Origin: Adineta vaga
Taxonomy: Eukaryota > Animalia > Rotifera
Assembly (NCBI GenBank): GCA_021613535.1
Contig: CP075492.1
Location: 2,046,001-2,110,000, forward strand
Length of the DNA: 64,000 nucleotides
Reading direction: 5' to 3'
The notes beneath the pieces were generated by a model. The model saw only the letters and a list, made by a program, of their open reading frames with translations. It had not been told where the DNA came from and did no database searches. The position numbers were made by a program, and so were the translations under genes. Below are positions 13,345-26,511 of the stretch, one piece after another (position 1 is the stretch's first letter; each line of letters starts with the position of its first letter).

Positions 13345-13701
13345 TCTAGTTCAGCAGTGTCTATATTTATCTTTCGAATACTCGTTACTCATTGTTTTGT
13401 ATTTCGTTATTCTTTTTATTCTCTATATATTACAAGGTAAACAAACATATTTTTAGACAAAGACGCTTATCGAAGCACATGCGAATATATCGTTTAAAAT
13501 AAACCATTTTGTATATTTGATGAATAGAGATATTGTGTAAATTCACCTTAACCAGCATTTTCTAAATGCAAAATAAAGAATAAAAAAAGGGCAAATGGTT
13601 TATATTTGTTCTTCTTTTTCACGATAAGTAATTTTCATTGTGAAGATTTATCTATACAGGCAAGATGTAACACACATTTATACTTTAAATAGAAACACAA
13701 T

Positions 13702-15317
13702 ATGTTTTGGTTGATGATACTTTTTATATTGGGAATTATTTGTTATATAATTTACAAGAAAAATAAACGAAAAACATCTGTAGATATTCCTCAATATGAT
13801 CATGCGATAGTTATTGGTGGTGATTTTGGTGGAATGATCACAGCTGTTTATTTAACAAAATATTTTTCAAAAATAACAATTATTGAATCTGATGATGTAT
13901 TAAATGATACATTTATGAAATCAACACCTGAACAAATATTAGATTATCGTTGCCGTCTTGAAAGTCCAACATCATTAGGACGAGCTGGTGTACCTCATAT
14001 GTATCTACCACACACATTGACAGTTGAAGGACATCCTATATTAGATGAATTATTTCCCGGTTTATTAAAAATCTTATTTAATGAATATAATATTCGTATG
14101 TATTCAGTAAAAAATGAAGGAAAAATTGCTATTAATAATATATTATTAAATCATAATCTAATAGATAACATTGAGTGGTTAGGTATTGATCGTTTTACAT
14201 TAGAAATTGTTTTAAGAAAATATGTATATTCAAAATATGAAAAGAAAATTCATTGGATATGTAATTCAAAAGTAATTCAACTTTTAACTGATCGATCATT
14301 AAATCTTGTTCAACGTATTAAATATCGTTTAAAACAAAATGATTTTGATATTTATGGTGATTTTATTATTGATTGTAGTGGACGATATTCATCTTCAATA
14401 AAATGGTTAAAAAATGATTTTAATTTAAATATTCCAACTGAACAAATTCATTTTGGTTATGGTGCTCTTTCATTTCTCGCTGAAAGATTAAAAACTAAAG
14501 ATCCATTATTAGATTCATTAAATATACTTGTTCATACAGCTAATGTTCCTGATAATAATATAGGTTGTTTTCTATTACCAATACCTACAATGAAAACTAC
14601 AGATGAAAATTCATTAGGAATAATAACAGCAATTGGTATTAATTCGAATAATTTTGAACATCAACCAAGTAATTCTTATGAAGCTCTATTAGAATGAATT
14701 CAAGATAAAATTCCAACGGAATATTTTACAATATTAAAATCATTGAAAGTAACTGGTCCATTGATTTCATATAGTCGTGAAATAGATTATCGAAAATATG
14801 TAGAAAATTAGAAAAGAAATGGCCAAAAAATTTTATACTATTAGGTGATGCAATGTGTACATTTGATCCTCATTTTGGTCAAGGTATAACTCATGCATTT
14901 AGACAGGCAAGAGAATTAAGAAATATATTTGAAGAAAATCAATATAAATTAAAAGATATTTCTCATATTTATAATTCTCGTGCATCAAAAATTAGTGATG
15001 AATGTTGGATTGCTTCTACTACAAGTAATTGGAAAACATCGACATTAAAAATAATCAAAACATTTCAACGAGATAAACGTTTTTCTAATTCGAAAGAATA
15101 TCAATTACAAACACCATTATTGATTAAATTTATACAATGGTATAGTTTTTGGTTTCTTCAATGTGCTTCGAAATCTGGAAGATTATCTACGGAATTTCTA
15201 TATGTTATTAATCAGTATAAGAATCCCATTCTGTTGTTTAAACCATTAACGATCTTAGCTGTTTGTTATACTGCATTAATGAACTATTTGGGTTTATCGA
15301 AAAAAATATTGACTTAA
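13702..15317 (+). pseudogene. Membrane-anchored FAD-dependent monooxygenase/oxidoreductase (bacterial/fungal-like), disrupted
   Basis: HAIVIGGDFGG (GxGxxG mutated), IIDCSGRYS, LLGDAMCTFDPHFGQG; in-frame stop at 14695-14697 and a later frameshift; no introns seen. Confidence 0.8.
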
Positions 15318-15471
15318 TCAGACTTTTATTTTAACCACATTTTTATAAACTTACTTTAATCTATTTCTTTAACTTTTTATGTACATTGTAAGTAGAGAGA
15401 ATTCTGAGTTCACGCAATTATATTTGATGTATTCTTTTCTATATCTGAAATGTCATCCTTGTCTTAACAAC

Positions 15472-17003
15472 CAGTGATGGGATCGGTTCGTGTTTTTTCC
15501 AAACCGAGCCGAACCGAACCGAAAAGATTTTCAACCGAATCGAACTGGAGTCGAGCGATTTAAAAAAAACTAAAATCGAACCTAATCGAATCGAAAAATC
15601 TTTGAATCGAACCGAGTCGAACCGATTTTATTTAAAATTTCTGTAAATCTTTCTCACTTTGCACTAATAATCGTCGTAAACTATCAGAACTAAATTATTT
15701 CTCATAAATATGTGTGGAACTATAAGGGTTCTGTAGTGCACGGTGGTGTAGTCAGGATTTTTTGAGTAGTGAGCCATTTCCCAGCAAAAACATTTTGAGA
15801 CATGGGCCGTAATGGGCAATTAAAAATCACTTGGGCCGTAACTAAAGATTGTCAAGTTTTCTTCTTACCTTCCAAATATATGTTTTCAAAATACATGACT
15901 TTGAGCGATAGGAACATTTTCCTTTATTTGGACGTCGCTCTATTAGTTGATTATAGTTTAACAACAATCAGCGTGAAAATAAATATATTTAAGTTTTACA
16001 ATACGCAATGTATATCAATTGTTTTATTATTGAGCCATTGTAATAATCTGAAAAATTTATTGGGCCGTAAATTTTTTACTATTGGGCAATCGCCCGATGG
16101 CTACCCTCTGGATACGCCACTGAGTAGTGCACCTTCAATGGTTTTCTACAGAACGCTTAAGGTTCCACACAAATTTTGTATAAATCTTCAAAAGGTTCTG
16201 TATTTGTCCTAAGGAACCCTTTTTTGCTCTACGAAACCTAAAATGGGTTCTGGAATAGAGAATTCTATCCGTGGGTAAAATGCAGGACTATTAATGGTTC
16301 TGTAGATTTTCATGTTCGGTTTTTTTAAACTTTTGGAACATTTGGAAGCTTTTAGTCTTCCCAGAACCTTTTATCGTGGATTCAGTAAACCACTTTTTTC
16401 TGAGTACTCTAGCTTAGTTAACGTAAAGATCTAAACATTAGTGAGAAGCTAGAAATTTAATTAGAGTTGGAATAAAACAACGACACAGAAAAAGATATAA
16501 CAAGTCTCAAGTAATAAGGAAAGTATGAAGGACTTGATTACATATTAATAGAACGAATTCACTACTGTGAAACATGTGCGGAAAAAGAAAGACAATTGTA
16601 TTCATGTCCTAGCAATGATTAGATATTGATTACCATTCATTTCAAACTTAAAATCTCTATTGAGATAAACGCTTACAATACTTATCATTTACAACTTTTA
16701 CATAATTAGAAAGATTAACAATACATTTACAGTTAATACTCAACTAAATTGTATTTCAATATTTGTTATTGTGTTATTTTCATTTGTTCAATGTGTTTGC
16801 TATTAATTCATTTTTCCCTTATTCAACCTTCCCTACAGCATAATTTTCTTACATGACTATAATTGGCGTTGTGATCAATTGACTACGTTTAATTATCGTC
16901 ACACCAATTGTCATGCGACCAATTGTTATAAATTCGTACAAAATATAAAAATCATCTATCATTTGTCCTGAGTGGAACCGAAACCGAACCGATCCCATCA
17001 CTG
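15472..17003. mobile_element. Non-autonomous TIR element (hAT-like CAGTG termini)
   Basis: TIR CAGTGATGGGATCGGTTCG...CGAACCGATCCCATCACTG with subterminal aaccg repeats; no clear TSD. Confidence 0.8.
15741..16122. mobile_element. Nested MITE
   Basis: cggtggtgtagtcagg...ctctggatacgccactg flanked by gtagtgca on both sides. Confidence 0.55.
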
Positions 17004-17123
17004 TAAGAGATATAGATGTCGCATAAATGTATAACGACATGATAGTCATAAATGAATCTATTTTGACTCAATTATAATTAAACAAAACTTATAGATTTAG
17101 TATTATGTTGTCTGTTTGAAATA

Positions 17124-18041
17124 CCCAGGTCGAAACCATCCCATCGGATCCTGTTGGATCCCACATAATCCGACTGTCGGAAAGTGTCAAAACCGTCAGG
17201 GCTTTATACCATCAAATACTATGTAATCTACTCCAGTCAATTCTTACTCGTGATAGGTTTTTCAATGATCTTTAGACAATATTTGACTCATTATAACTGA
17301 TATTTATGGGTATGTTTGTAAGAAGTAGATGTTTATTATTTAGAAAGATTAACTGTACGCTTAAGCGACATCTATTAACAGTTTTTCTAGATGGTCAGCA
17401 AGTCATGTGACGATCTGCTTGAAAAAATGTTCCTTTCGTTCGTTCATTTCTTCAACAGGATACAGTCATTTTTACTTCCGTTCTACTCGAATTAGATTTG
17501 TAAAAATTTTTTATTAACAATTGTATTTTATTTTTTCATTTTAGAGCAAAATAGTTCATTTAAACTTCTTTTTTTTATATATTAATAATTTTATCCTATT
17601 TTTTCCATTCTGGAATCGAATATTTTATTTGAAATTTTCTTTTTTTTATATAATAACAGATTAAAAAAAATCTTTTTTATGAAAAGATTCGTTAGGTAAA
17701 AATTGTCTTTCATCTATCTATTTATCTTTTTTGTAAAATAGTGTTTTCGTTGTTTTATATAAATAATTTCAATAAATGAGTATATGTAAATATAAAATTA
17801 AAAAAAAAGCAATGAAAATCCTGGGTATGAAAACCAGCTGGATCCTGTCGGTTCCGGGATATTCCGATTATCGGATCCGGGTGTCAGAAATCGGCGGATC
17901 TGACATCCGACCATTACCGGTCGGACTCCTGTACCAAGGATTCCGGCGATTTTCGACACGGTTTCTGTCGGGATTCATCGGATTTAGTAGGGTTTCCGAC
18001 AGGATCCGACGGGATCCGGATCCCGGATTACTCGTCCTGGG
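17124..18041. mobile_element. MITE with CCCAGG...CCTGGG termini
   Basis: GC-rich ggatcc-containing ends, ATA on both flanks; termini related to the elements at 52656 and 54384. Confidence 0.7.
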
Positions 18042-18083
18042 ATATTATAGATCACTTCAATTGAATTACGGTAAGATACAAGC

Positions 18084-18130
18084 GGTGTGGATGCGGGTTC
18101 TCTGCTCTCATTTAGATCCTCACCCTCACA
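18084..18130. repeat. Degenerate junction element J8
   Basis: ggtgtggatgcggg-loop-atcctcaccctcac. Confidence 0.55.
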
Positions 18131-18441
18131 AATTATTTTCTTTTTTTTAATATTATCATTGTATCAGTTCATTCTAAAAATTTATTCTCAATGAAACAAA
18201 ATGTAGACGGAAATAATATTTTAACTTTAAAAACACTAATGGAGCAATAACATTAAAAATGTTCAACATCTTATATTTCATAAAAGAAAATGAACTTTGT
18301 ATAGAAAATAATTAAAAGTTCTGTTTTTTTTTCATCAAAGCTTAAAGTTATGCTACAGGATTATTTGATCTTTTAAGTATATAAATAACAAATTATAAAA
18401 TAATATAAATTTCATTATACACTCTATTATCTTTGTAAAAC

Positions 18442-19506
18442 ATGTCAACAACAGCAACAACATCATCATTCATTAATTTCTTTATTATCAAATATATCTC
18501 AACAATTGATAGTTTTTGTAGGAATATTTTTAATGATTATTGGAATTATTGGTGGAATTCTAAATATAATTATATTTATGAGTCTTAAAACATTTCGAGA
18601 AAATTCTTGTTCGTTTTATTTAATAATAATATCATGTGTTAATATAGGTCAATTATTAATTGGTCAATTAACACGTACAATGATTAGTGGATTTTATATT
18701 GATTGGACAATTAATTCAATTTTTTTTTGTAAATTTCGTTGGTTTTTAATTCAAGGATTTACATTAATATCATTTTCATGTATGTGTTTTGCAACAATTG
18801 ATCAGTATTTATCAACATCTTGTAATGATAGATATCGACAATGGAATCATATTAAATTAGCTCATTATCTTTCACTAATTGCATTTATTTCTGCTATTAT
18901 TCATGGAATTCCATCAACTATTTTTTATAATCATGTTATGTCATTGAGTACAAATAAAACAACTTGTACTATTACCAATATTATTTATCAAAACTATCGA
19001 ACTTATGTTTATTTTACATTTATAGCTGGAGTTTTACCAGTTTTTATTAGTGTTTTATTTGGATCATTATCATATAGAAATATTCAACAATTATCATACA
19101 GAAGAGTTCCAATAATTCGACGTGAATTAGATAAACAATTAACACGAATGGTACTTGTACAAGATGTTTATATATTTATTGCTATTGTTCCATATACAAT
19201 TGTGACAATAATTCCAACTGTTATTAATTTTCAAAATAATCCATTAACTAGTGCACAATTACAACTTGCAGAATCATTAACTGCAGCTATTTATTACACA
19301 TATTTTGCAGTGAGTTTTATTTACGTATTTATTTATTTATATATTAATTATTTTATATTTAGTTTCCATTTTATATTTACGTAATTGTATCAAAAAGATT
19401 TCGTCAACAATTAATTCATGTACTTTGTCGAATTTATAATAATTTTGGTAGACAATTACCACAAATTAATAATCAAATCGCGCCAGAAACTGTTAGTATT
19501 AAATAA
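18442..19506 (+). CDS. Rhodopsin-like GPCR, 2 exons; probable N-terminal frameshift
   Basis: GGILN, NSCSFY, IDQY, LDKQL; intron ~19310-19362 then FPFYIYVIVSKRFR. The ATG at 18442 is out of frame with the ORF at 18506. Confidence 0.8.
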
Positions 19507-19929
19507 ATATATAATACAAAAAGAATGAGTAGATGTTGTTTTGCCCTTTTATCGAATATTAAAATTTAGTTTTGCATAAAGAAAATTTTTTTAATATATA
19601 TATATTTACCTAGGCTTATCCAACTTTAGTGTTAGTGGTATTTTATGTTCTTACAAATTCTTCAGAAAATTTTCTTTTTTTAAGAACTAATAAAGAAAAT
19701 GACGTTTTACAGTTTAACACTAATGGGTTCATTTGATCGTCTCATAATCAAAATATTCAAATTTGCTACAGATTCTTTTGAGTATTTCTATATTCTACTA
19801 ATACAAATAGATTAATTAGTATTTAAGACTTTTATCAAGGTAAATCACATTAACTGGAAGAATTTATTTCAAAACAAATTTATTGAAGTTTATTCAATAT
19901 AATTCTTATTAATAAAACATTTAAAAGAA

Positions 19930-20238
19930 AAATTTCTAATTTAACAAAAATAGCATCTGGTGTAATCATGGCCTCTCGTCGTCTAATTATGCTTTTTTCA
20001 ATATTTTCATCAGGAATAATATTATATAAATGTAATAAATAAGCTAATGGCATTTTATCTTTCATTAAAGCAAATTTCATTCAAACACAATTTCGTGGTC
20101 CAATATCAAATCTCATATAAGCAAGTGGGTGACGTTTAATAGCATGACGTTCTGGAATAAATAAATTAGGATCTTCAGGATCCCAAAGCTAACTACTTTA
20201 ATGAATTGAATATACATCCGGTAAAATTACACAACCTA
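19930..20238 (-). pseudogene. Cytochrome P450 C-terminal fragment
   Basis: Minus strand reads LWDPEDPNLFIPERH...AYMRFDIGPRNCV*MKFALM (PERF and heme-Cys motifs) with stops. Confidence 0.75.
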
Positions 20239-21270
20239 TAATATAAAATATATGAAGAATTTACTAAGAATATTGAGATTAAAAATCAGTGTTACATTAT
20301 TTAATCATAAAAGACAATTAAATAACTGAAAAATATGGTACTATGCGAATTACATGAAAGAAAATTCTTTAAAACTTCTTAATCAACATAAACAATTTTA
20401 ATTTTTGTCATTAGAAGAGTCGAGGAAATATTTTCTTCATTATTATAAGAATAATGATAATATATGAAAAAGTTCTCTTTCATATGACTCGAATAATATT
20501 CTGTTATACCTTTTCAATACTGAGGATGTCTTCTTAAATGGCACTTACCGACATCAGGTCAAAATATTCGATGTTTTCCAATGTTTGAATTCAATAGCCT
20601 TCCTAGATGTTCCATAGAACCAGTCTATTCGACATGAAGTTCAATTTTGAGAAAACATCTATTTTTTCTTCAGAACCACTAAGAATTCCGAAACACGAAT
20701 AAATGTCGGGATGACGTTGGATTTAGAGATCCTGTCAATTCTGATCGAATCCATTATTGAATTTGTTACCTGAGTCGAAGATCTGAAGTAATCAATAAAA
20801 TCATACCGGAAGCAGCGGTAAAGCTACTCCTCCAGTTTGTTGTTATAGCGGTGTTAGTGGTCTAAAAGATACAGTAGTGTCAACGGTATAGCAGTTATAT
20901 TTACTACTTTCTGATCGTCAACATCGCTAGGATCTCTGTATTTTTTATACCATTATATTAGTAATATCTCTAGGATTGACGATTACGTCGCTATTACTAG
21001 AAATGTTATTTTGATCATATCTCATATGTTTGTCAATATTTCTAACAGAAAATGAACGACAATATAAATTTGCCGTGAAATCAAATCTTCCATTAACTCG
21101 TTCGTATTTATATTGTCAAAAGCTTTTGAGAAATATACTGACAGAAAGTCATCGATAAAACGTTGAAATAATTGTCTATTAGATTATCCCTATTATTCGA
21201 GTAATTAAATACTTAGTGACAACCATATAAATTTGAGACAAATCTCGATAATCTTTGAAAATAAAAATAT

Positions 21271-21346
21271 CATTCTGCAGGGTGTGGGTGTGAGGATGTG
21301 TATGAGTCAATAACATTCACCCATACTCCCTAACCAACCCTCACTA
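21271..21346. repeat. Junction element J9
   Basis: cattctgcagggtgtgggtgtgagg-loop-cacccatactccctaaccaaccctcac. Confidence 0.75.
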
Positions 21347-21518
21347 TTACAAATAGCATTGTATTTCTCATAAACATATTCATATTTGTTGGATTTAGAA
21401 TAAAAAAAGAAACAAACAGATAGAGGTATTGAAAAACACTGAAAACTATATGGTCTCATAAATGTTATTAAGTTTTGAATAGCACCATCCACAGCGATTT
21501 AAAAAAGAAAAACTTTTA

Positions 21519-22124
21519 TTAATGTCCATCGTCTGATAGTTTGGTATAATCTGTTCTTGGTCGGGAATGATCAGCTGCATTACCTTTAGTGGGAAGCGTT
21601 TCATTTGAAGAATATGAGCACCATTTATTCCTCTTGAATGACCTACGAATGAATTCAATGGAAATGACCATGATAATTGCCAGACCAAGACAAGCCATTA
21701 CTGCAACAATAATGGAAATTACACTTTTTTGTTTTATCGCTGTTATAATTTGAACAGCAAGAAACCAAATATATAAAAAGATAGATACTCCAAGTATAGT
21801 ATATCGACGAACCATGAGATTCACCTCGAGATCGATGAGCACTCGATTCAATATGAATAAAGTAGCAACTAGTAGAAGAAGAATTAAAAGAATCATAATC
21901 AAACCAACGACGGGTGTAAAGGATTTGACATAGTTAAGAGCCGCGAGTAAAACATAGCGTAACATTTTAGCAGCATCTTTTTCCGCATATACCAATACTT
22001 TGGAAAGTGCATCACTAGCTTCTCCAATGCCCAAGATATCACTGAAAACACTACCCATTTCCTTAGATTCTAAAAAAACAGAATCTTGATTGACAAACTT
22101 AAAGAAACGTACTGCAAGGATCAT
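21519..22124 (-). CDS. Hypothetical 3-TM membrane protein
   Basis: 201-aa ORF with three hydrophobic segments; likely start at MGSVFSDILG. Confidence 0.6.
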   Translation of the reverse strand: MILAVRFFKFVNQDSVFLESKEMGSVFSDILGIGEASDALSKVLVYAEKDAAKMLRYVLLAALNYVKSFTPVVGLIMILLILLLLVATLFILNRVLIDLEVNLMVRRYTILGVSIFLYIWFLAVQIITAIKQKSVISIIVAVMACLGLAIIMVISIEFIRRSFKRNKWCSYSSNETLPTKGNAADHSRPRTDYTKLSDDGH

Positions 22125-23329
22125 ATAAAAAGGTCTATATTGTGTTGCAAACGTTACCTATTTATCAACTTACACTGGAATATGTATATAGATCTCACTT
22201 ACCGGTTTTTCAAAACACAGACATACATTTTTTATAGAGTACTAGGCAGCTCGGAATACAATGGATAATATCCTATGGTATCACTGACCGAATAATGATA
22301 TAATAGTACGTAGCGTGAAACTAGGAGTTCTATGACTCTGTTCTAAAAGTAGAAAATTCATGCAAAAACGATGTCTCGATGGACAGATACATTTTTTTTC
22401 GAATCCCAAAATTTACGCGTGAAGTGTTATGTTATGTAGATAAATTAATATATAGATAGTTAAGTATACGTACGGATGATATTACTTGTTTTTTCTGCAC
22501 ACAATATATATTTATGTGAATCAACCAACTGTGCAAATGATACAGACGAGAATGAAAGAAATATACATGGATGATTTTCACGCACGTTTTTTCATCACAC
22601 CGTGCTGTACGGTTTTGTCCTTTCTCCCCACCATTTGCTCGATACGTAAAAGAATATAATTGCACATATTTATACGGCCTACTCATTTTGCTGAATATTG
22701 TATTTTCTTTACATTTTTTGTTTTGTGATTATCATGTCACAGTTATCAAAGCTATGATTCAAAAATCAGTATAAAATACTACAAATCTAATGGAAAGCAT
22801 ACAGCATAACATATAGTATGGGAGCAGTAGCGACCTTACTTAGTATTATTCCACTTTAAAAAATAAAAATAGTACTCAATATTTGGTATTAACATCTGAA
22901 ATTTGAACAAGGTCAAAACGTGCCATAGTTTGCTCATATCATCGTCACCCGCATCCAAAGTTCTCTCTCCTTTTGAAGATGTGGATTTAATACTTAGATA
23001 TGTACACGTGTCATCGTGTTTCACTACTTTCTTTTTTAGCAACTATAACAGAAGTTGAATATACTGTTGATGGTTTATTAAAGAGTTTGAAAGGAAAAAA
23101 ATTATCAATATGATCCACCTCTGATAGACAACGAACATGACTCTTTCTTCATAGATTTGAAGCGTTATGGTATCGATTTTTCCATAAACTGTTGAAATTT
23201 TCAATTCAATTTAAGTAAATTTTTCTTCTCCTAATGTCGATAGATTAGAAAAAGGCAAAAGTCATACTTTCTCGTGAAAAGTGACGATCAAAATTATCGA
23301 ACGTTTAAGATATAACAGTTATTTTGAAT

Positions 23330-23601
23330 CCATTCAGAGATAAACGATCCTTGCGTAGTAAAGCTGAATCAATTCTTGTAAAATCACAATTAAATGTTGC
23401 AGTGATTTGTTGATGCATTGCATTACTTAATAAACCATCAGATCTAAAAAACAACAACAAAAAATCATCATCAATTCATACATTTTTGTCTATTCGTCAA
23501 AAAATTTATTTTCAAATTGAAAATATTCGCAACAGCTTGTGATGGAAAAGAAAATTCATTTCAATCTTTAATAATATCTTCTGCACCTTTAACAATAAAA
23601 A
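23330..23601 (-). pseudogene. AAA+ ATPase fragment (Walker B to arginine finger), 5'-truncated at J10
   Basis: Minus strand IFIVKGAEDIIKD*NE..SQAVANIFNL / SDGLLSNAMHQQITATFNCDFTRIDSALLRKDRL matches the degenerate IEDAE...LNLSDGL...TFN...IDxALLRxGR pattern. Confidence 0.65.
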
Positions 23602-23666
23602 TTGAAGGTGTGGGTGTGGGTGCGTGCATGAAAGAAAACTTCATTCACACTCTCACCTTCAAGATG
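23602..23666. repeat. Junction element J10
   Basis: ttgaaggtgtgggtgtgggtg-loop-cattcacactctcaccttcaagatg. Confidence 0.9.
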
Positions 23667-23739
23667 GTACGAGAAGATCACCAACTGCAAAGACAACAAG
23701 AGAAGAAAAGTCGCGTATAGAATTAGTCTTCAAAGATTT

Positions 23740-24880
23740 TTAACAGCATGGAATAAGAATCGAGAAGTGTAATAAGAACATTTGCAATAAACTATTATGA
23801 TAATGTTCTTGGATGAATTTGAATTGATTTAAGAATTTTTCTATACATTTGTCTGGCTGACTCGATCCGTCTTCCACAATAAAATCAAGGTCTTTTGAAT
23901 AAGAAGCCCATTGTTCATCAGATTTTGGATGTTTTTCATATTGTTGACAAATGTGACACTGACATTCAAATAACCAACTATATTGTAAAAGTTCATGTCG
24001 TCGTTCACGTAAATTAAATTGTGCTATAGAAGTAATAAAAAGAAAAAATATCATATCTTTGAAAGTATTGGTTGAGATTCAAGGCTTTTTCGAGTTGACT
24101 CCGTGGAAATTAATTAGACAGAAAACTTGTGTACTCTTCCCTTCGGTCATATGGCTTACACGTCCATGTCAGCCTCATCTCTCTGGTTTATCGGGCATAT
24201 ACTGTTGACCGCGAAAGAGTAGAACTTGTCTATCTTAGCTCATAAAACTGGTTTTCGGTCAACCGGGTTAAGCGAAGTGTTCAAAATGGACAGTGGCATA
24301 TGTCCACTGTCTAAACTATTTGAACGATTAAACTACTTTTTCTATGGAAAAAAGATTTGAACATTATTTGATATCAATTTGTTTTCTCGGAAAAAAAGTT
24401 GTTCGTATTCAACTACGTAACTATATAATTACCTGTATATGAACAGACCAGCTCTTCTCCAGCTTTAATACGACGATCAGCAATTAATTTCATATGTTCT
24501 TTATCATCATAAGAAAACCATATCCAAAATACATTTGATTCACAGGAATGATTGACCATTGATATATAATAAAATAAACCTTTTTCTTGATTATCATCAC
24601 CTAAATGAATACTATTTGTATCACATATACTAACAACAGAATGTTTATATGGATGAGATCCAACTAAAAAACGAATACGACGTTTGCTTTCTAAATCTAA
24701 TTGATTATAAATCGCTTCGAGAAATATCGATGATGAATAACTTGGAAATTTCATTAATGGTTTTTCACATAGAATAATTGTACCACATTGTATATCACAT
24801 TTGGCAAACATACCATATAGCCTTTATTATCTGTAGGTTTAATGACGAATAGATGGGACTTCGGATCATCAAGAACATGT
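23740..24880 (-). pseudogene. SET-domain (SMYD-like) methyltransferase, probably disrupted
   Basis: KGY/GMFAKCDI (frameshift), SMVNHSCESN, IKAGEELVCSY, post-SET FECQCHIC in the second exon. Confidence 0.75.
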
Positions 24881-25687
24881 TCATCCTTTTATTGTGCATA
24901 AGTTATCAAGAAACAGGATACGAGTATATCGTCATTTTTTCCTTCGCTTTAGTTTATATAATCATACAAAACCGTTATCATATACATAGTATATATCATA
25001 GTGAGTGAAGGAATGAAAGACGACCAATGGATATTCTATGGACGAACCAATGGAAAAAGAGAAATAGAGGTCAAGTTAATCTACCCAGAATAAAAACGTT
25101 CTTTAAATATCGAAATATATCAGTTGTTTTCGCAGTGCGATCGGTCATCAAAAACAGTCATATGGAAAAAGAAGGTAAAAATAGATAAGCTGAAACTATC
25201 ACCATTATTGTTTTATCTTTCCGTTCCACTGTGAAATTATTTCAAAGTATAAATAAACAAATATCATTTGCCAATTTTATTTTAATTATAATGAATATAT
25301 TAGTCAGTAAGAAGATAGTTTAGATTTCATTTTGATGTTTAACATAATTAAGAAGACTGATGAATTACTCAGGTATTTGTGTGAAAGAAACGGAAAAATG
25401 ACAAGTTCTCTAATCAGTTTTCTAATATTCAACCACAACTAGAATACTTTCCACTAGAGATGTTTACAAGATTAAAAAACTTTCTGGATTCGGTAAAAGC
25501 TTTGTGTGCCGTTTCACGTTATCAAATAGTTTATCGGATCAGTATGGTCTCCACCGATTCCATAAAATTGACAGATGAAAATTGAGATCGCGTAATTAAA
25601 AAAAGCATCCATTATAATGGTTTATGCAAAACATGTGATTCCATGTGAAGAAAAAGAACTTCCTTTTCTATCTCGGATGGGAAATAT

Positions 25688-25772
25688 CATCTTGAGGGTG
25701 TGGATGGGGGTGTAGGTTTTGCTTCTCTCAATCACATCCTCACATTCACACACCCACACCCACACCCTCAAT
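25688..25772. repeat. Junction element J11
   Basis: catcttgagggtgtggatgggggtgt-loop-cacacacccacacccacaccctcaat. Confidence 0.9.
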
Positions 25773-26511
25773 CCAAGAGTCAATTGTGTTAGGATTGTTG
25801 TGTTTTGTTGCTCGTTTTAATAAATGCTACGTAGACTTATGTCGAACAACTGCGACTCGAGATCAATCATGAATATTGATGAGACATGTAAATGTTTTTC
25901 ACACATGTTACAGTCAGCCGAAGGTATCGATAGACTTCAGAAGAAAAGCGGGTAATTCCTTTCGACCTGACAGCGAGTGTGCTAGTAATACCTATTTTTC
26001 TTAGTGATGACTTACCAGAAGACTGGTCACTGGCGTCGGATTTTTCTTTTCCACGTCGATCATTTCCTGTAGCGGATTTTCCAGAACTACATTTTTTTTA
26101 AAATATTCAAGCAAATCACATCTAGTTGCATTCATATGCGAAAGATAGGTGATTGCCGAAGCTTAAGCATGATATTCCACAGTGAATAAACATCTGCACA
26201 CTCAAGATGAATTTCTTCTGAGTACTTATACTATGCTACACTTTGTCGATGATCATTTCTGTTCTACACAGATTTAATATCATCAGACCGTGCGTAGGTT
26301 TGTTGTCGTAATCCTTACCTTTGCTTGATTTCTCACTCTACATGCAAAACCAAACTATCTTGTTCTTGCGCACGAACTCATTTCACTACACATAAGCAGC
26401 TAAACGCGTTGAAACTGAATTTTAGCTGCCTCTAATTACAGTTTTCAACGCAAAACGCGATGCTATACATTTATTCTGCGTTTCATGTTCACATGAGTTA
26501 GAAGATCCATG

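Noticed and set aside
15802-18150. ORFs 15802-16212 and 17776-18150
   Set aside because: They lie within MITE sequence and show no protein motifs.
26191-26209. Isolated cacactcaagatg half-site, and a weak palindrome at ~56692-56757
   Set aside because: Too short or degenerate to call as elements without a profile search.
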